From Octopus bimaculoides (taxonomy: Eukaryota): a stretch of 64,000 bases of DNA. The stretch's first letter is position 1. Every line of letters starts with the position of its first letter. Under the pieces are notes generated by a model that saw only the letters and a list, made by a program, of their open reading frames with translations, ran no database searches and was not told where the DNA came from. Where the stretch lies: NCBI RefSeq assembly GCF_001194135.2, contig NC_068983.1, positions 74,057,020 through 74,121,019 of the forward strand. Direction: 5' to 3'. Position numbers and translations under genes: made by a program. This document shows, piece by piece, positions 27,763-39,300 of the stretch.

Positions 27763-27853
27763 CATCCTACGATCGTTTCGCTAATATTGCCTTTATAATG
27801 GAATCCAAGATTGATAGACATTGATAGGCAATAGTTCCGCTCATCAGTGATGG
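27763..27853 (-). ncRNA. Candidate minimal type I hammerhead ribozyme in the PLE terminal repeat
   Basis: Minus strand: CCATCA-CTGATGA-GC..ATTGCCT...AGGCAAT..GC-GAAA-CGATCG-TA|GGATG. It has the core boxes, stem II, a palindromic stem III, a GUA triplet, and a 4-bp stem I with a mismatch next to the core. Confidence 0.6.
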
Positions 27854-28170
27854 AGAGGGCGAAATTTGTATAATTAATCGAATGTTATTTTAAAAATATG
27901 AAAGAATATAGGAAAGGGTGCTTTTTTTTTTTTTTTATAAATTAAAAGTTACTGTCTTTGATTTGCGTAGATACACTTTTGTACAAAAATTATGGAGTCT
28001 GTATATGTATTCTTGGTAAATCTTCCGCAGTAATCCATAATAATTTTGTGCTGTATGTATCCAGTATTTTAACTTGCATTCCATATGTGATTCATAAATG
28101 TAGAAAAGTGTAAAGTATACATAGATGTATAAAGTAGTCAAACTATTGAGTTTTATATTTGTAGAACTGG

Positions 28171-30492
28171 CTAGGGTTTCCTTGCGGATTTGGCTGTAGT
28201 GTCTTTCTGAAGACGTGAGTCTTGGATATATTGGCAATTGGACACTCGCTTCCGTCTGGATAACGATGAAACGAGACCGCTCTAATTCCAACGTTGGACG
28301 TATCGCAAACCAGTCTTAAAGGCTTATCTGGATCGAAATGTACAAGGAGTTGATCTGAGGGTAAGCTTTTCAACTGTTCAGACGCTACTTGTTCCTCATC
28401 TTCCCACTTCCAGTGAGTTGCCTTCTTGGTTAAGAGATAAAATGGTCCGGCCGTAGTGACCAGGTTTGGGATGAACTTCCTGTAGAACTGAACTGAACCC
28501 AAGAAAAACTTTAAGCTTGAGACGTCTGGAGGAAGTGGCATCATCATGACTGCTTCGAGCTAAGATCCCTTCGCAAATCCTTCGGCCGATAAGGTGTGGC
28601 CAAGATATTCCATACTGAGTTGTGGGAATAGGCACTTTTCACGACAGAATTTGTCCTTTGTCGTTCAGACGTGAGAGCAAAAGCCTCAGGTTGCTCAAGT
28701 GGTCATTGGCACCTTGCCTGCTGACAAGCATATCGTCTTGGCAACTCCGGACAGATCACTGGTTAGGATCTCCATGGACTCTTGGACGTTACCAGGCGCT
28801 GAGTTGATTCCAAATGGGAGTCGTTGCTGTAGGAGTATTCCATAGTGACTGCTGAGGGCTAGCCTTCGTTGACTCTCTGGTGCCAGCTTGATCTGGTTGT
28901 AGGCATCAACAAGGTCAATCTTCGTGTAACTTTCCAGCTTCTGCATCACTTCCTCTAGGGGTGGCATTGGATGACGGTGTCCTCTAGTTGATCGTTGATA
29001 CTGCGTAGTCACCACAAATTCAAAATTTGGGCTTCGGGGTGCCCGCACTATGTTCCGGGCGTTCCATATTCGTTGAACTGGACTTACTTCAAGACTCCTT
29101 TGGCGATAACTTATTCGTAACCTTTGATCAGGTTATCACGAAGAGCGATCGGAACCGGTCGTGCTTTGTGAAAAACCGGCTTCGCCTCAGACTTGAACTT
29201 CACTTCCAGTTTGAAATCCTTAAGACATCCCAACTCTTCTTTGAAAAGATCTGGGAACTCGTCACAGAGATTGTGGAAATGTCATTGCAGGGAAGCATAA
29301 GGCTCGTTAGAGGTCTTAGGATGCGATGTTCTTGCACTCTCACTTTTGTCTTGACTCTATGCATCTCAGTCCAAAAGCATTGACCGCAGAGATTCCCAGT
29401 GTTTGGATAGTGTTTCGCCTCAGCAAGTTCAGGTCAGGGATCTTGGTGACTATGTAAGGAACTGAGCTTTGCTTACCAGTCATTGAATCCTTGGTTTAGC
29501 CTGGTCCTGGAACCGTGAACAGTTTCCTTGACAACCTTCACCGCATCTTCGGTATCGATCGCGACTTGGACAGCACGGGCAAAGTCCAGCTCTGTGTCCT
29601 TGATCTTGAAAAGAGCCTTCAAGACAGCTTCATTGTTGACAGAACATATGAATCTCTAAGAACTTCATCTTGAAGGTCTGTGATCGCAGGAAAGTCACAG
29701 GTAGCAGTGTCTTGACGTATACGCGCTGCCAGCTCCTGGGGAATTTCAACTAGCTTCCGTTGCATGTCACTCCAGAACTTGAAACATTCTCGCACAATGA
29801 AGCGTTTTGGGTTGAATTGTTCTTTCTTAAAGTTAATTTCCTCCATCGTCACCTCGTTAATATCCGCGGGCGGACTCTGTTGAGTAGCCAGATTCACCAG
29901 TTGTTTATAAATAGTAGCGGTTTGATTCATCAAGAAAACTTGAGCCTTGTGCTGGTCAGGCATGGCATTAACCACAACAAATGTGCAAAATCTTGACCAG
30001 TAATGAGGCTACAGTTTTGATGTTGAATCAAAATGGTGGGATAGCAGTTGAGGAAGTTGGAAGACGGAAACTTGGACTGAAATCCTTTTTAGAAATTTGA
30101 ACTTGAATCAGCCTTCTCAAAGCTTCCATGTCTTTTCTATGCTGTTGCGCCTGTACCGCCATTTATTCCCTCTGAAGGTGTTGTATGAGCAACTTTATTA
30201 GTTCACTAGTTTGTTCTGCCATTGTTGTCAAGGTAAAAATAGGTTACAGTAAAACTCTATATTACATAAAATAACGTATATTCCGTAAAACTTTTGACAA
30301 AACAATAATTTAACTGATACTAGAAATACAGGAAGACAGAAGCTTATGTGCAAAACTGGTTGTTTACCTTTCAAGGATCGTCTTTCTTATCCTATCGGCG
30401 ACGCCACTTTGCTGTGCTTCTGTCGTTCACTCGCAAAGAAGATAACAGTGATATTCCAGATAGGTTTTGTTATGTTTTAATACAGACTTATG
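28171..30492 (-). mobile_element. Gypsy/Ty3 LTR retrotransposon remnant (partial 5' LTR, PBS, gag, RT, RNase H; integrase absent)
   Basis: RT 28695-29048 (YTKIDLVDAYNQI...QRLPFGINSAPG), RNase H 28143-28547 (LVHFDPDKPLRLVCD), gag 29619-29975, and PBS-like TGGCGTCGCCGATAGGAT at 30389-30406. Confidence 0.85.
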
Positions 30493-30505
30493 CACGTGAA
30501 AACTC

Positions 30506-30772
30506 TTTTTCTTTATTGCCCACAAGGGGCCAACACAAAGACATGTGGGGATACATAACAAATAAAAGAAGCTTCTTTCATTCCTGTTGGCCCACGAAGT
30601 GTCCGACTGCTCAGAATCTGACGAGCTGATTTCTTCCATTTTTCACTTGGCTTACCCTCCTCTATGCGGAGGGAAAGCACAACTAGCCTGCCCCAAGGTA
30701 GCAAAAGCAAAAGCGTTCAAAGAACACAACAATTTAAACAATGATAAACTCAACAGCAACTTTAACAATATC
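30506..30772 (-). mobile_element. 267-bp mini derivative of the ORF1-only family with a 13-bp TSD
   Basis: Poly(A), terminal hairpin 30518-30530, ORF1 N-terminal stub MEEISSSDSEQSD, and an A/C-rich (plus strand) 5' UTR. TSD CACGTGAAAACTC at 30493-30505 and 30773-30785. Confidence 0.8.
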
Positions 30773-30812
30773 CACGTGAAAACTCGTCCAGCAATAAATG
30801 AGTGAACATCGA

Positions 30813-32700
30813 TTTTTTATTACCTATAAAAGGCTAGACTTAGATGCTCTTCGACAAATACAATACAAAACGCGACAAAACATAAACTAGGGGAACTAAA
30901 AATTAACAAAAAGTGGATAAGATTAGAAGAAAAAATTAAAAGAAACGAATGATATAATGAAAGAATGAAAAGAGGCGCAATGCCCACTCAACCCCCGAAG
31001 TTGAGTGGTTACATTTTCACAGTCTTTTCTCTTTTTCTTTTTAAAGTCTACATATATTTTTCAGTCATTTTTTTTCTTTCCCCTTTTTTTTTCCAAGTTC
31101 ATATTAGTATTGAAAATTCTTTTACCTTTATTTTTCCACATCTTTCTTATATATATATATTTATATATATATATATATATATATAAATGTATATATATTT
31201 TCACAGTCACTTTTTCCTTTCCTTTTTTTTTTTCCAAGTTCATATTAGTATTGAAAGTTCTCTTACCCACGCTTTCCAACCTCTCGTATTCCACTACAGA
31301 AAGTGTATCATCATCCAACCAGTACTCCTTTATCCATATACCGCTCTCATCCATCTCAAATCCTTCTCTCGGCAGCTTCACTTTCACCAGTCCCTTCCAT
31401 TTAGCTATCCTTTTCTCTGTGTCCACATTCTTCCTATATATTGCCAGGTAAGCCTTATTTTTGTACTCTTCTATTGTTTTTTTGCGTATTTTTAACTTCG
31501 GTTCGTTCCTTTCCTTTGACTTTTTGTTTTCTGTTGGATACTCTCTTGTCTTTACTTTTTCCCTTCTTTTGGGGCTGATAAAGCCGTAACCCCGCTCTTT
31601 CACATCCTTCTCCTTTACGTCGCTGTCGCGCTCAGCATCACTTCCATCCTCACTCGTTTCAATTTTACTTCCATCTCCTTTTGTTTTTTTTTTTTGTTCC
31701 TCTTTTTCACTCTGGATAAATTCCAGCAAGGGGCACTGAGCCTTCATATGGCTCCGTGATCCGCAGATATAACAGTTAGGGCGTCTTACTTCTACCACTA
31801 TATTCAGCATTCCACCTTCCTTAATCTCAATCTGGTAGGGGATTCGCTCTGTCTTCGAATGTGTGGCCTGTATTATTATTTCGAGGCCTTGGCCCCATCA
31901 ATTTTGTTGCAGCTTCGTGACCTGCAGTGTGGAAACGCTACTTTCCAAATCCAGCAAGACGGCGGTCACGAGCCACACCACGTCAATTTCTGGTGGGACT
32001 GCCTCAATTTTTATTTTAGATGTGCGTTTACCTATATAAGTGGGCAGTAGCATCAGTTCGTTGGTTTTCAAAGGCACTGTGGAGTGTTCTGCTTCTTTTT
32101 CGGAAGCTAACCTTTCGTCCAAAGTGCAGTATTTTTTCCCTCTTACTACGTATTTGGTATTGTCCTAAATGGGTTGCAGGAATTTTTCTATGGTTTCCTT
32201 TGGCATATGTTCAACTTTTTTCGTTATAAGTGAAAGTGTTTTAAATATTATTGTTTTACTGGCGTATTCCCTTCACGCTTTTCTACGCCTTTGTTTTTCG
32301 AGGTCAAGTTGGTTAAATTTTAGGTTTTCTGGTTTATAGTTTACACCGACGCGAACCCGCGTCAGTTTGGTTTGCTCGATTCATTTTCTTTGTCAGTAAA
32401 TTCTTGTTCATTGTACATTTGGGTGTCCTTCTTAGCGTTTACCGTATATATTTGTTTTTTTTTCTGTGTTCACTTCCTCCTGTTCGCGACAGTGAATAGC
32501 TGGAAACATTTCTTGGTACATCTCATTAAGTTTGCTGATATGGGGGGGGGGGGCGCTGTTTGTGTTTTGGCTGGAACCCATAGTTTTAAAAATGTGTAAA
32601 TAAATTACACAAGAAGTTTCAAAAAAGTTCAATTCGCCCATTAATAGGAGAATTTCTAGACTCGATACTTTCCCTGTTAAGCAGTTTCAGAGCTCGATAA
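30813..32700 (-). mobile_element. ORF1-only element, copy 9
   Basis: ORFs 31898-32122 and 31061-31810 (CYICGSRSHMKAQC); terminal hairpin 30822-30834. Confidence 0.85.
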
Positions 32701-32705
32701 TACAT

Positions 32706-33945
32706 ATTTCTTTATTGGCCACTGAGGGTCCAACATAGAAGGGACAGCACAACGTGGAGACATAAAACATAGATAAATAAATGAGGATGAAATGGCTACT
32801 GAACTCCACTTACAGTAGTACCATTTGACTGCTTTTTTCATTGTGCACCCTTTTACTATAAAAACAAATACTTACCATATTCCACCACTGGAGGTAGAGT
32901 GTCAAATTTCACCCCCGGACCTAGTGGGTCTATTTTTTTTCCTAAATGTTTCTTTTAATTTTTTAAAGTTTTCTGTGTCAACAATGACACATTTCATGTC
33001 TGATGGGTACTCCTCTTCTGATACTTTAACTTTTATTGCTGTTTTTATTTTATTTATCAATGGTCGAGCTCTTCATATAGGTCATAATATATGTCCTGTT
33101 TCTATGCTCGGCCAGAGAGGTTTGTCGATTAAGTATGTCTGTTTGTGTGTGGAGGCGCAATGGCCCAGTGGTTAGGGCAGCGGACTCGCGGTCATAGGAT
33201 CATGGTTTCGATTCCCAGACCGGGCGTTGTGAGTATTTATTGAGCGAAAACACCTAAAGCTCCACGAGGCTCCGGCAGGGGATGGTGGCGAACCCTGCTG
33301 TACTCTTTCACCACAACATTCTCTCACTCTTTCTTCCTGTTTCTGTTGTGCCTGTAATTCAAAGGGTCAGCCTTGTTACACTGTGTCACGACGCTGAATA
33401 TCCCCGAGAACTACGTTAAGGGTACACGTGTCTGTGGAGTGCTCAGCTACTTGCACGTTAATTTCACGAGCAGACTGTTCCGTTGATCGGATCAACTGGA
33501 ACCCTCGACGTCGTAAGCGACTGAGTGCCAGCAACATCGTCTGTTTGTGTGCCTGTATACATATTGAGAGAAGCTGGGTTGTTTGCAGTGATGGTTTCTT
33601 TTTCTGGGGTGTCTGCAGAGGTGAGGTGGGTGTGCTGTCTGTCTGTGTTTTCTGCGTGTTGAGTAATGTGTGTTGTTCGATTTCCTCCTTTTTTTTTGTT
33701 TTTGATTTTTTTGGGGGTGGTAGGAGTGGGGGTGAGTTTTCTTACTCCTTCCTCTTCCTGCTTGGAACTTCCTGGAATTCTTCGACTGTGTGTGTTTTGT
33801 TCCTGTGTTTTCGATGTCGTTGTTCTTCTCATTTTGGTTTTCCTCTTCCGGCATTTGGTTATTAATCTCGGGGCAATTCGCTTTTATATGTCCCCTACTC
33901 CTACAGTGGTAGCAGGTGGGACGTCTCCCCTCTATTACCACTCGT
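32706..33945 (-). mobile_element. 5'-truncated ORF1-only element, copy 10, interrupted by a SINE
   Basis: ORF 33492-33941 (CYHCRSRGHIKANC); 3' end at 32706-32750. Confidence 0.8.
33150..33538 (+). mobile_element. tRNA-derived SINE with a 13-bp TSD
   Basis: Same family as 2572-2949; TSD GTCTGTTTGTGTG at 33137-33149 and 33539-33551. Confidence 0.9.
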
Positions 33946-34437
33946 TGATTTACATCTAATAGCTAATGGATGATTTGTTTTTAATCACATGATACAAGTT
34001 AGTTTATGAGTATTGCTTAGATTAGCTATATTTATCAGTCTGCACGGGGATGAATTGCTTAGATCTACTGTGCTATACAGGAGGTTATTCATATTATTCA
34101 TGAATTCAGATTTTTCGCAATGTTTAGGCGCTAACCTGTCTGAGCAAGCTTAAATGTGTTTTCCCTATTAAAACAATGGCGGAAAAAGCTAAAACCGATT
34201 AGATTTCACAACATATGGACAAGTACGAGGCACACGATTTTTATAACATGTGTGCTGTTATAGTTTAATATGAAGGGAAACAACTCAATAAACATGTTTG
34301 CAAGGGAAGTAACTCTTTAAAATGCTTGCATGAGTGACGGCTAAAACCCTCAAGGCAAGGAGACATTAAAATACGCACACACATACATAGGTGTATAGTT
34401 ATATACACATGCATGTATACACACATAGGTACGTCAC

Positions 34438-34463
34438 ATCTGCGCGTGCGTGCGCACACACAC

Positions 34464-34509
<46 letters not shown>

Positions 34510-34600
34510 TATAGTAAAAATAGATACATAAATGTGGAAAACCACAGGAACAATACTATATGTCCAACGCAAGATATATGTGTGTGTGTGTGTGTGTGTG
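34438..34600. repeat. Compound (GC/CA/TA/TG)n microsatellite; one example of many (TA)n tracts in the window
   Basis: Direct reading. Other (TA)n tracts at ~5865, 26100, 27680, 31150, 55530, 57465, 58535, 61020, 62435 and 62860. Confidence 0.9.
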
Positions 34601-34689
34601 CTCAATTCCTTCAAGAGTCAATAAATAAATTTATAGTTTTCAGTCTCTAAAGTGTCTAAAAGGTACGGTAAAAAGACAGGCAAATACAG

Positions 34690-36390
34690 AAAGCAAATAT
34701 TGATTCTGTAAACCACATGTATTGAGTACATAAATTGCGACCAACCTGACTGTCTTACCACGACTGAATGTCAAATCCAGGACGACCAGCTTGCCTCCTG
34801 GATCAATAAAAATAGACTTTACCTCAGGAACCCGGTCTCTTTTTAGTAAGACCAACACCCCACCCCACCTCCCGGCCGACATGGAGAGACGTATCTCTCG
34901 TAGCCGTTCAAGAGGGGGAGCAGATCTCTTGGCCTGCTTATCCGGGCTTCTGTGCTGAGTACGTTAAACATTTTCATAGTTGTTTTATAAACCGCTTTTC
35001 CTTTTTTAAATTCTATTCTTTTCATTTTTTCTTTATCAATAGTTGCTAGATGGTTCATTAGATCTCTATTTGAGGTTCGCACCACCATATAAACACTGTC
35101 TTTTACTTTTGATTCACATTTTTTTTTTCTTTTTGCTTTTCTTTCGTTGGGGAGGGTTGTTTTCTTTTGTTGGACACAATAGTCCAACCCTCTCCAACCT
35201 TTTCCACTGGCACCGGTGTTTGCTCCTGTTTCTCTTCCACCATCTCTGGATTCTTTTCCTCTTCTTCTGTTTCCTTCCTTTTTTTTCTCCATTTTTCTTC
35301 CCTTTTTCTCCAGTTTCCTTCTTTTTTCCTTCTGTATCCTCCTGGTGGTTAGTCTTTCCTTCCTCCGTCTTCTGGTTGCAGTTCGCCCTGAGGTGACCCT
35401 TCTTGCCACACTGGAAGCAACGAGGTTTGCGGCCTTCCACTGATACGACTAGTCGTGTGCCGCCAACCTCAAAGCTTTCAATTATTTCTTTCAGTGTGGC
35501 CTGTTCTGCTTGAATAGTCATTTTTAGGGCCTGGCCGAATCTCAGTTTTGGTTCAATCACAATTGCGTCTAGAATTGTGATCTTGTCCTCCAGGCCCATT
35601 GTCGTTGCAACGACTAACCACTCTGGGTCAACTTCAGGGGGAATGTTTTGAATTGTTATTTGTGATGTTCTCCTACCCATGTACAGTGGTAGGAGAACCA
35701 CATTTTCCGTTTCCAGAGGCTCCACAGCATGGAGTCGGGCAGCTTCCTCTGACTCCATTCTCACCTCTACCGTAGCATAACGCTTGCCTCTAGTTATGTA
35801 TGTAATTTTTTTCAGTAATGTTTTTAGGCACTTTCCGACCTCAGCCTCTGAGACGTATTCTATTTTTTTCCCTTTTTTGCTATAGGTTTTGAATATTGTT
35901 GTTTGTTTCTGTGTTCTTTCTATAAAGCTTTGGGGAGGGGTTCTAACAACACCATGACCTTCCCTCTTCATCATATGTTTATGCCTCTCGGCATTACCGA
36001 CGTTTACCGTTCTTTGCCTGTCGCCAGCGACTGCTGCAAAATCAGACCTTTTCCCTGATTCTTCATTGTCCTTTGCTACTTTCAGACTTCCTGCTTCGTT
36101 ATTATTCCTTTTCGCCAATGCTGGTCAATCTTTTTCAATCAACTGTTCTTCACATATTTTTTCCATTTCATGTGCAGGACTGACTCTTCCTGCTTCGGCC
36201 ATCGTGCAGGCCTCCCTACACGGGGAAACCATTGCTGGTTTCACCAACTGTGACAAAGAGATTTCTTCGCTTTCTTTCAAAATTTAACAATTAAAGTTTT
36301 ACAGCACAAAAACAAACAAAATTCAAAAAATATTCCACTTGTACGTTAAAGATCACACTATCCAAAAAACGTCCACTGCAAACACCTTAC
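34690..36390 (-). mobile_element. Tx1-type element: ORF1 plus the N-terminal stub of the APE endonuclease, 3' part lost
   Basis: ORF1 35114-36118 (CFQCGKKGHLRANC). APE fragments at 34690-34940 (PRDLLPLLNGYE; GVLVLLKR; IDPGGKLVVLDL; RLVAIY). Confidence 0.85.
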
Positions 36391-36397
36391 ATCAAAA

Positions 36398-39300
36398 TTT
36401 TTTATTACCCACAAGGGGCGACATAGAGGGGACNNNNNNNNNNNNNNNNNNNNNNNNNNNNNNNNNNNNNNNNNNNNNNNNNNNNNNNNNNNNNNNNNNN
36501 NNNNNNNNNNNNNNNNNNNNNNNNNNNNNNNNNNNNNNNNNNNNNNNNNNNNNNNNNNNNNNNNNNNNNNNNNNNNNNNNNNNNNNNNNNNNNNNNNNNN
36601 NNNNNNNNNNNNNNNNNNNNNNNNNNNNNNNNNNNNNNNNNNNNNNNNNNNNNNNNNNNNNNNNNNNNNNNNNNNNNNNNNNNNNNNNNNNNNNNNNNNN
36701 NNNNNNNNNNNNNNNNNNNNNNNNNNNNNNNNNNNNNNNNNNNNNNNNNNNNNNNNNNNNNNNNNNNNNNNNNNNNNNNNNNNNNNNNNNNNNNNNNNNN
36801 NNNNNNNNNNNNNNNNNNNNNNNNNNNNNNNNNNNNNNNNNNNNNNNNNNNNNNNNNNNNNNNNNNNNNNNNNNNNNNNNNNNNNNNNNNNNNNNNNNNN
36901 NNNNNNNNNNNNNNNNNNNNNNNNNNNNNNNNNNNNNNNNNNNNNNNNNNNNNNNNNNNNNNNNNNNNNNNNNNNNNNNNNNNNNNNNNNNNNATGTCGG
37001 AGGGACGGCGCAACCATGTCTTGCGAGTTTGTCCCGAACAGGTAAGGCCCCTCGGTAACACTGCCATGCCAGAGACTTCTGAAAATTATCCAGGGTCTTC
37101 GGCCCGAATGTACGTCGGAATAGACTGGGCAGCTGATTTTCGTCGAGACCTGGGGTTTCCCCTAAAGTGTCATCACATTTCGCCTCTACAAGCCCTCTAT
37201 AGAAGAATGCGGTGGAACCCCCACCGCAGGCATTGCACAAGCAACGGAATAGCAGGAGTGCCTTGCGGCACTCCGTGTACCATGTACCCAACTTCGATCT
37301 TCGATTCAACCAGGTTTCCTATCCACTGAAACTATTGAACTTGGGAAACATCTGCTTCGCCAGCGGAGACCACACCTGTTCACCATCCAGGTAGAACCAA
37401 AGATGCCTCAACCTCAGCGCATGTCTGCGCATCAACAGCCAAGGCATCCAAAGTCCACTTTTTAACGGTTCTTGGCAGCAAATAGAGCGTCTCACAAGCG
37501 GTTTCGATCACTTCCACAAAAAGCGGAAAAGCTGTCTTTCCAGCTTGATCAACCACGAATCAGGGCAAGGAACGACGGTTAGGCGGTAGGTGATGACCGA
37601 TGCGATGAACACATTGGTTACCTCCGCCCTCCCTTTCAGGGATAGCCACCGCCAAGACCAGGTCTTGACTATGTGGGTCACCCNNNNNNNNNNGCGATGA
37701 ACACATTGGTTACCTCCGCCCTCCCTTTCAGGGATAGCCACCGCCAAGACCAGGTCTTGACTATGTGGGTCACCCTGCTCGATACCTCGGCCCAGTTCTT
37801 CTCTATTTGGAGGTTTGGTCCAAACCAAACTCCTAGCAACTTAATCGGACCCTCCGTCCAACGTACTACGACGCTATCAGGAGGCATCGACTTGCCTCTC
37901 CAGGTGCCGAGCTGCAAGCCGACTGACTTTTCACGTTTAACTTTTGCTCCTGCCACCGTCTCGTAAACCTCTATGGCCTTTCCTACTATCTGTAGGTGGT
38001 CCATTTCGGTTACGATGATGGTGATGTCATCTGCGTAAGCTGAAACCGATTTTCCACAACCTGGCTGTCTCGGAATGACGCTCAATTTTCGCAGTAATGG
38101 CTCAAGAGCCATTACATACAAAATCGGGGAGAGTGGACACCCTTGACGAACCGAGCGTTTGATGTTGAACGGCTTCGATGAGAAGCCGTTCACCCGAACT
38201 ACCGAGTCGATGTTATTGTAAATCTCGATGATCCACCTGAAAAAACCAAGACCCAGACCGAACTGCGCCAGAACGGACACCAGGTAGCGATGATCAACCC
38301 TATCGAATGCCTTAGATTGGTCTAAATGGACCAGTGCCCCACCCTTGCCAGCATCATTATTAAACTCCTCTAAAGTGTATCGTGTAAGATGGAGATTATC
38401 CTGGATGGTTCTGCCAGGAACGGCACATGTCTGTGCCTCCCCGATCAGACCGTCCGTGACACGCGCCAATATTTTCGATAACACTTTGGCCAAAATTTTC
38501 AACTCTGCGTTTAGCAGAGTGATGGGCCGAAAATTATCAATGGAATCCCCCTTGTTCGGGTCCTTTCTGACAAGCGTCACCACTCCCCGGCGCACAGATC
38601 TGGGAATAAATCCGTTCTGCTGCCAGTTCGCGTAGACATTCGCCAGCATGTGCCCGAACAAGTCTGGCATACTCTTATACAACTCGTAGGGTAAACCACC
38701 CAGTCCTGGCACCTTACCCGCACCGCAGCCCGCCATCGCCTCAATTACTTCCTCAGGTGTGATCGGCCCTTCACCGCGCTCCGCGTCCAGCCCCGATAGG
38801 CGCGGCAGCCCGCCGAGGAAGTCCGTTAGGTCCCTCCTNNNNNNNNNNNNNNNNNNNNNNNNNNNNNNNNNNNNNNNNNNNNNNNNNNNNNNNNNNNNNN
38901 NNNNNNNNNNNNNNNNNNNNNNNNNNTGGGTGAAGTACTCCTGAAAGGTCTCACACATCTCCTCGGGTTCGTTTATCAACTTACCTTGTTGGTTCGTTAA
39001 AGATCGAATTGTAGCATCATTACCACGTTGGGCTTCCACCACTCGGGCTCATCCTGCGGCCTTGATTCCCTCACAACCCATAGCACGAAGTCTAGCCCTG
39101 ACAATGCAACCCATGTGTTTGGCTTCGAGGTCGAGGTGCTGGTTTAATGCCAGTCTCTTGGCCGTCACCTGAGTCGCAGAACCAGTTCTCATTGCTTCTT
39201 CTAATTCCTTAACTAAAACTGATACTCTCCTACTCTCTCTAGCCACTAAACTTATGCTTTCTTTCTATTTACCATCGGGACGTCTGGCATGTTCATTCTT

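Larger units (their letters stand above)
23231..28170 (-). mobile_element. Penelope-like element (RT + GIY-YIG), degenerate, with partial terminal direct repeats
   Basis: N-terminus 27056-27424 (IKRMRWKAFF); RT remnants near 25150-25400 and 26700-26900; 24142-24483 (HHIFNRSSIKISFSTTPNI); 23706-24077 (CSCKNKELCPLEGKC); SEVLSTCIHR end. Direct repeat 23231-23294 ~ 28113-28170. Confidence 0.8.

Noticed and set aside
19261-28130. Repeats of 18-25 nt separated by long unique stretches, superficially CRISPR-like
   Set aside because: Eukaryotic DNA, spacers are 0.7-1.6 kb retroelements, and there are no cas genes. Better explained as TSDs.
33945-34430. Non-Tx1 spacer inside the array
   Set aside because: No recognisable ORF, termini or repeats; left unassigned.
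37600-37770. Apparent tandem duplication within RT (VTHIVKTWSWRWLSLKGRAEVTNVF twice)
   Set aside because: The identical copies flank a 10-N gap, typical of unmerged contig overlap. The same pattern occurs at 4270-4380, 16590-16715 and 25505-25595.
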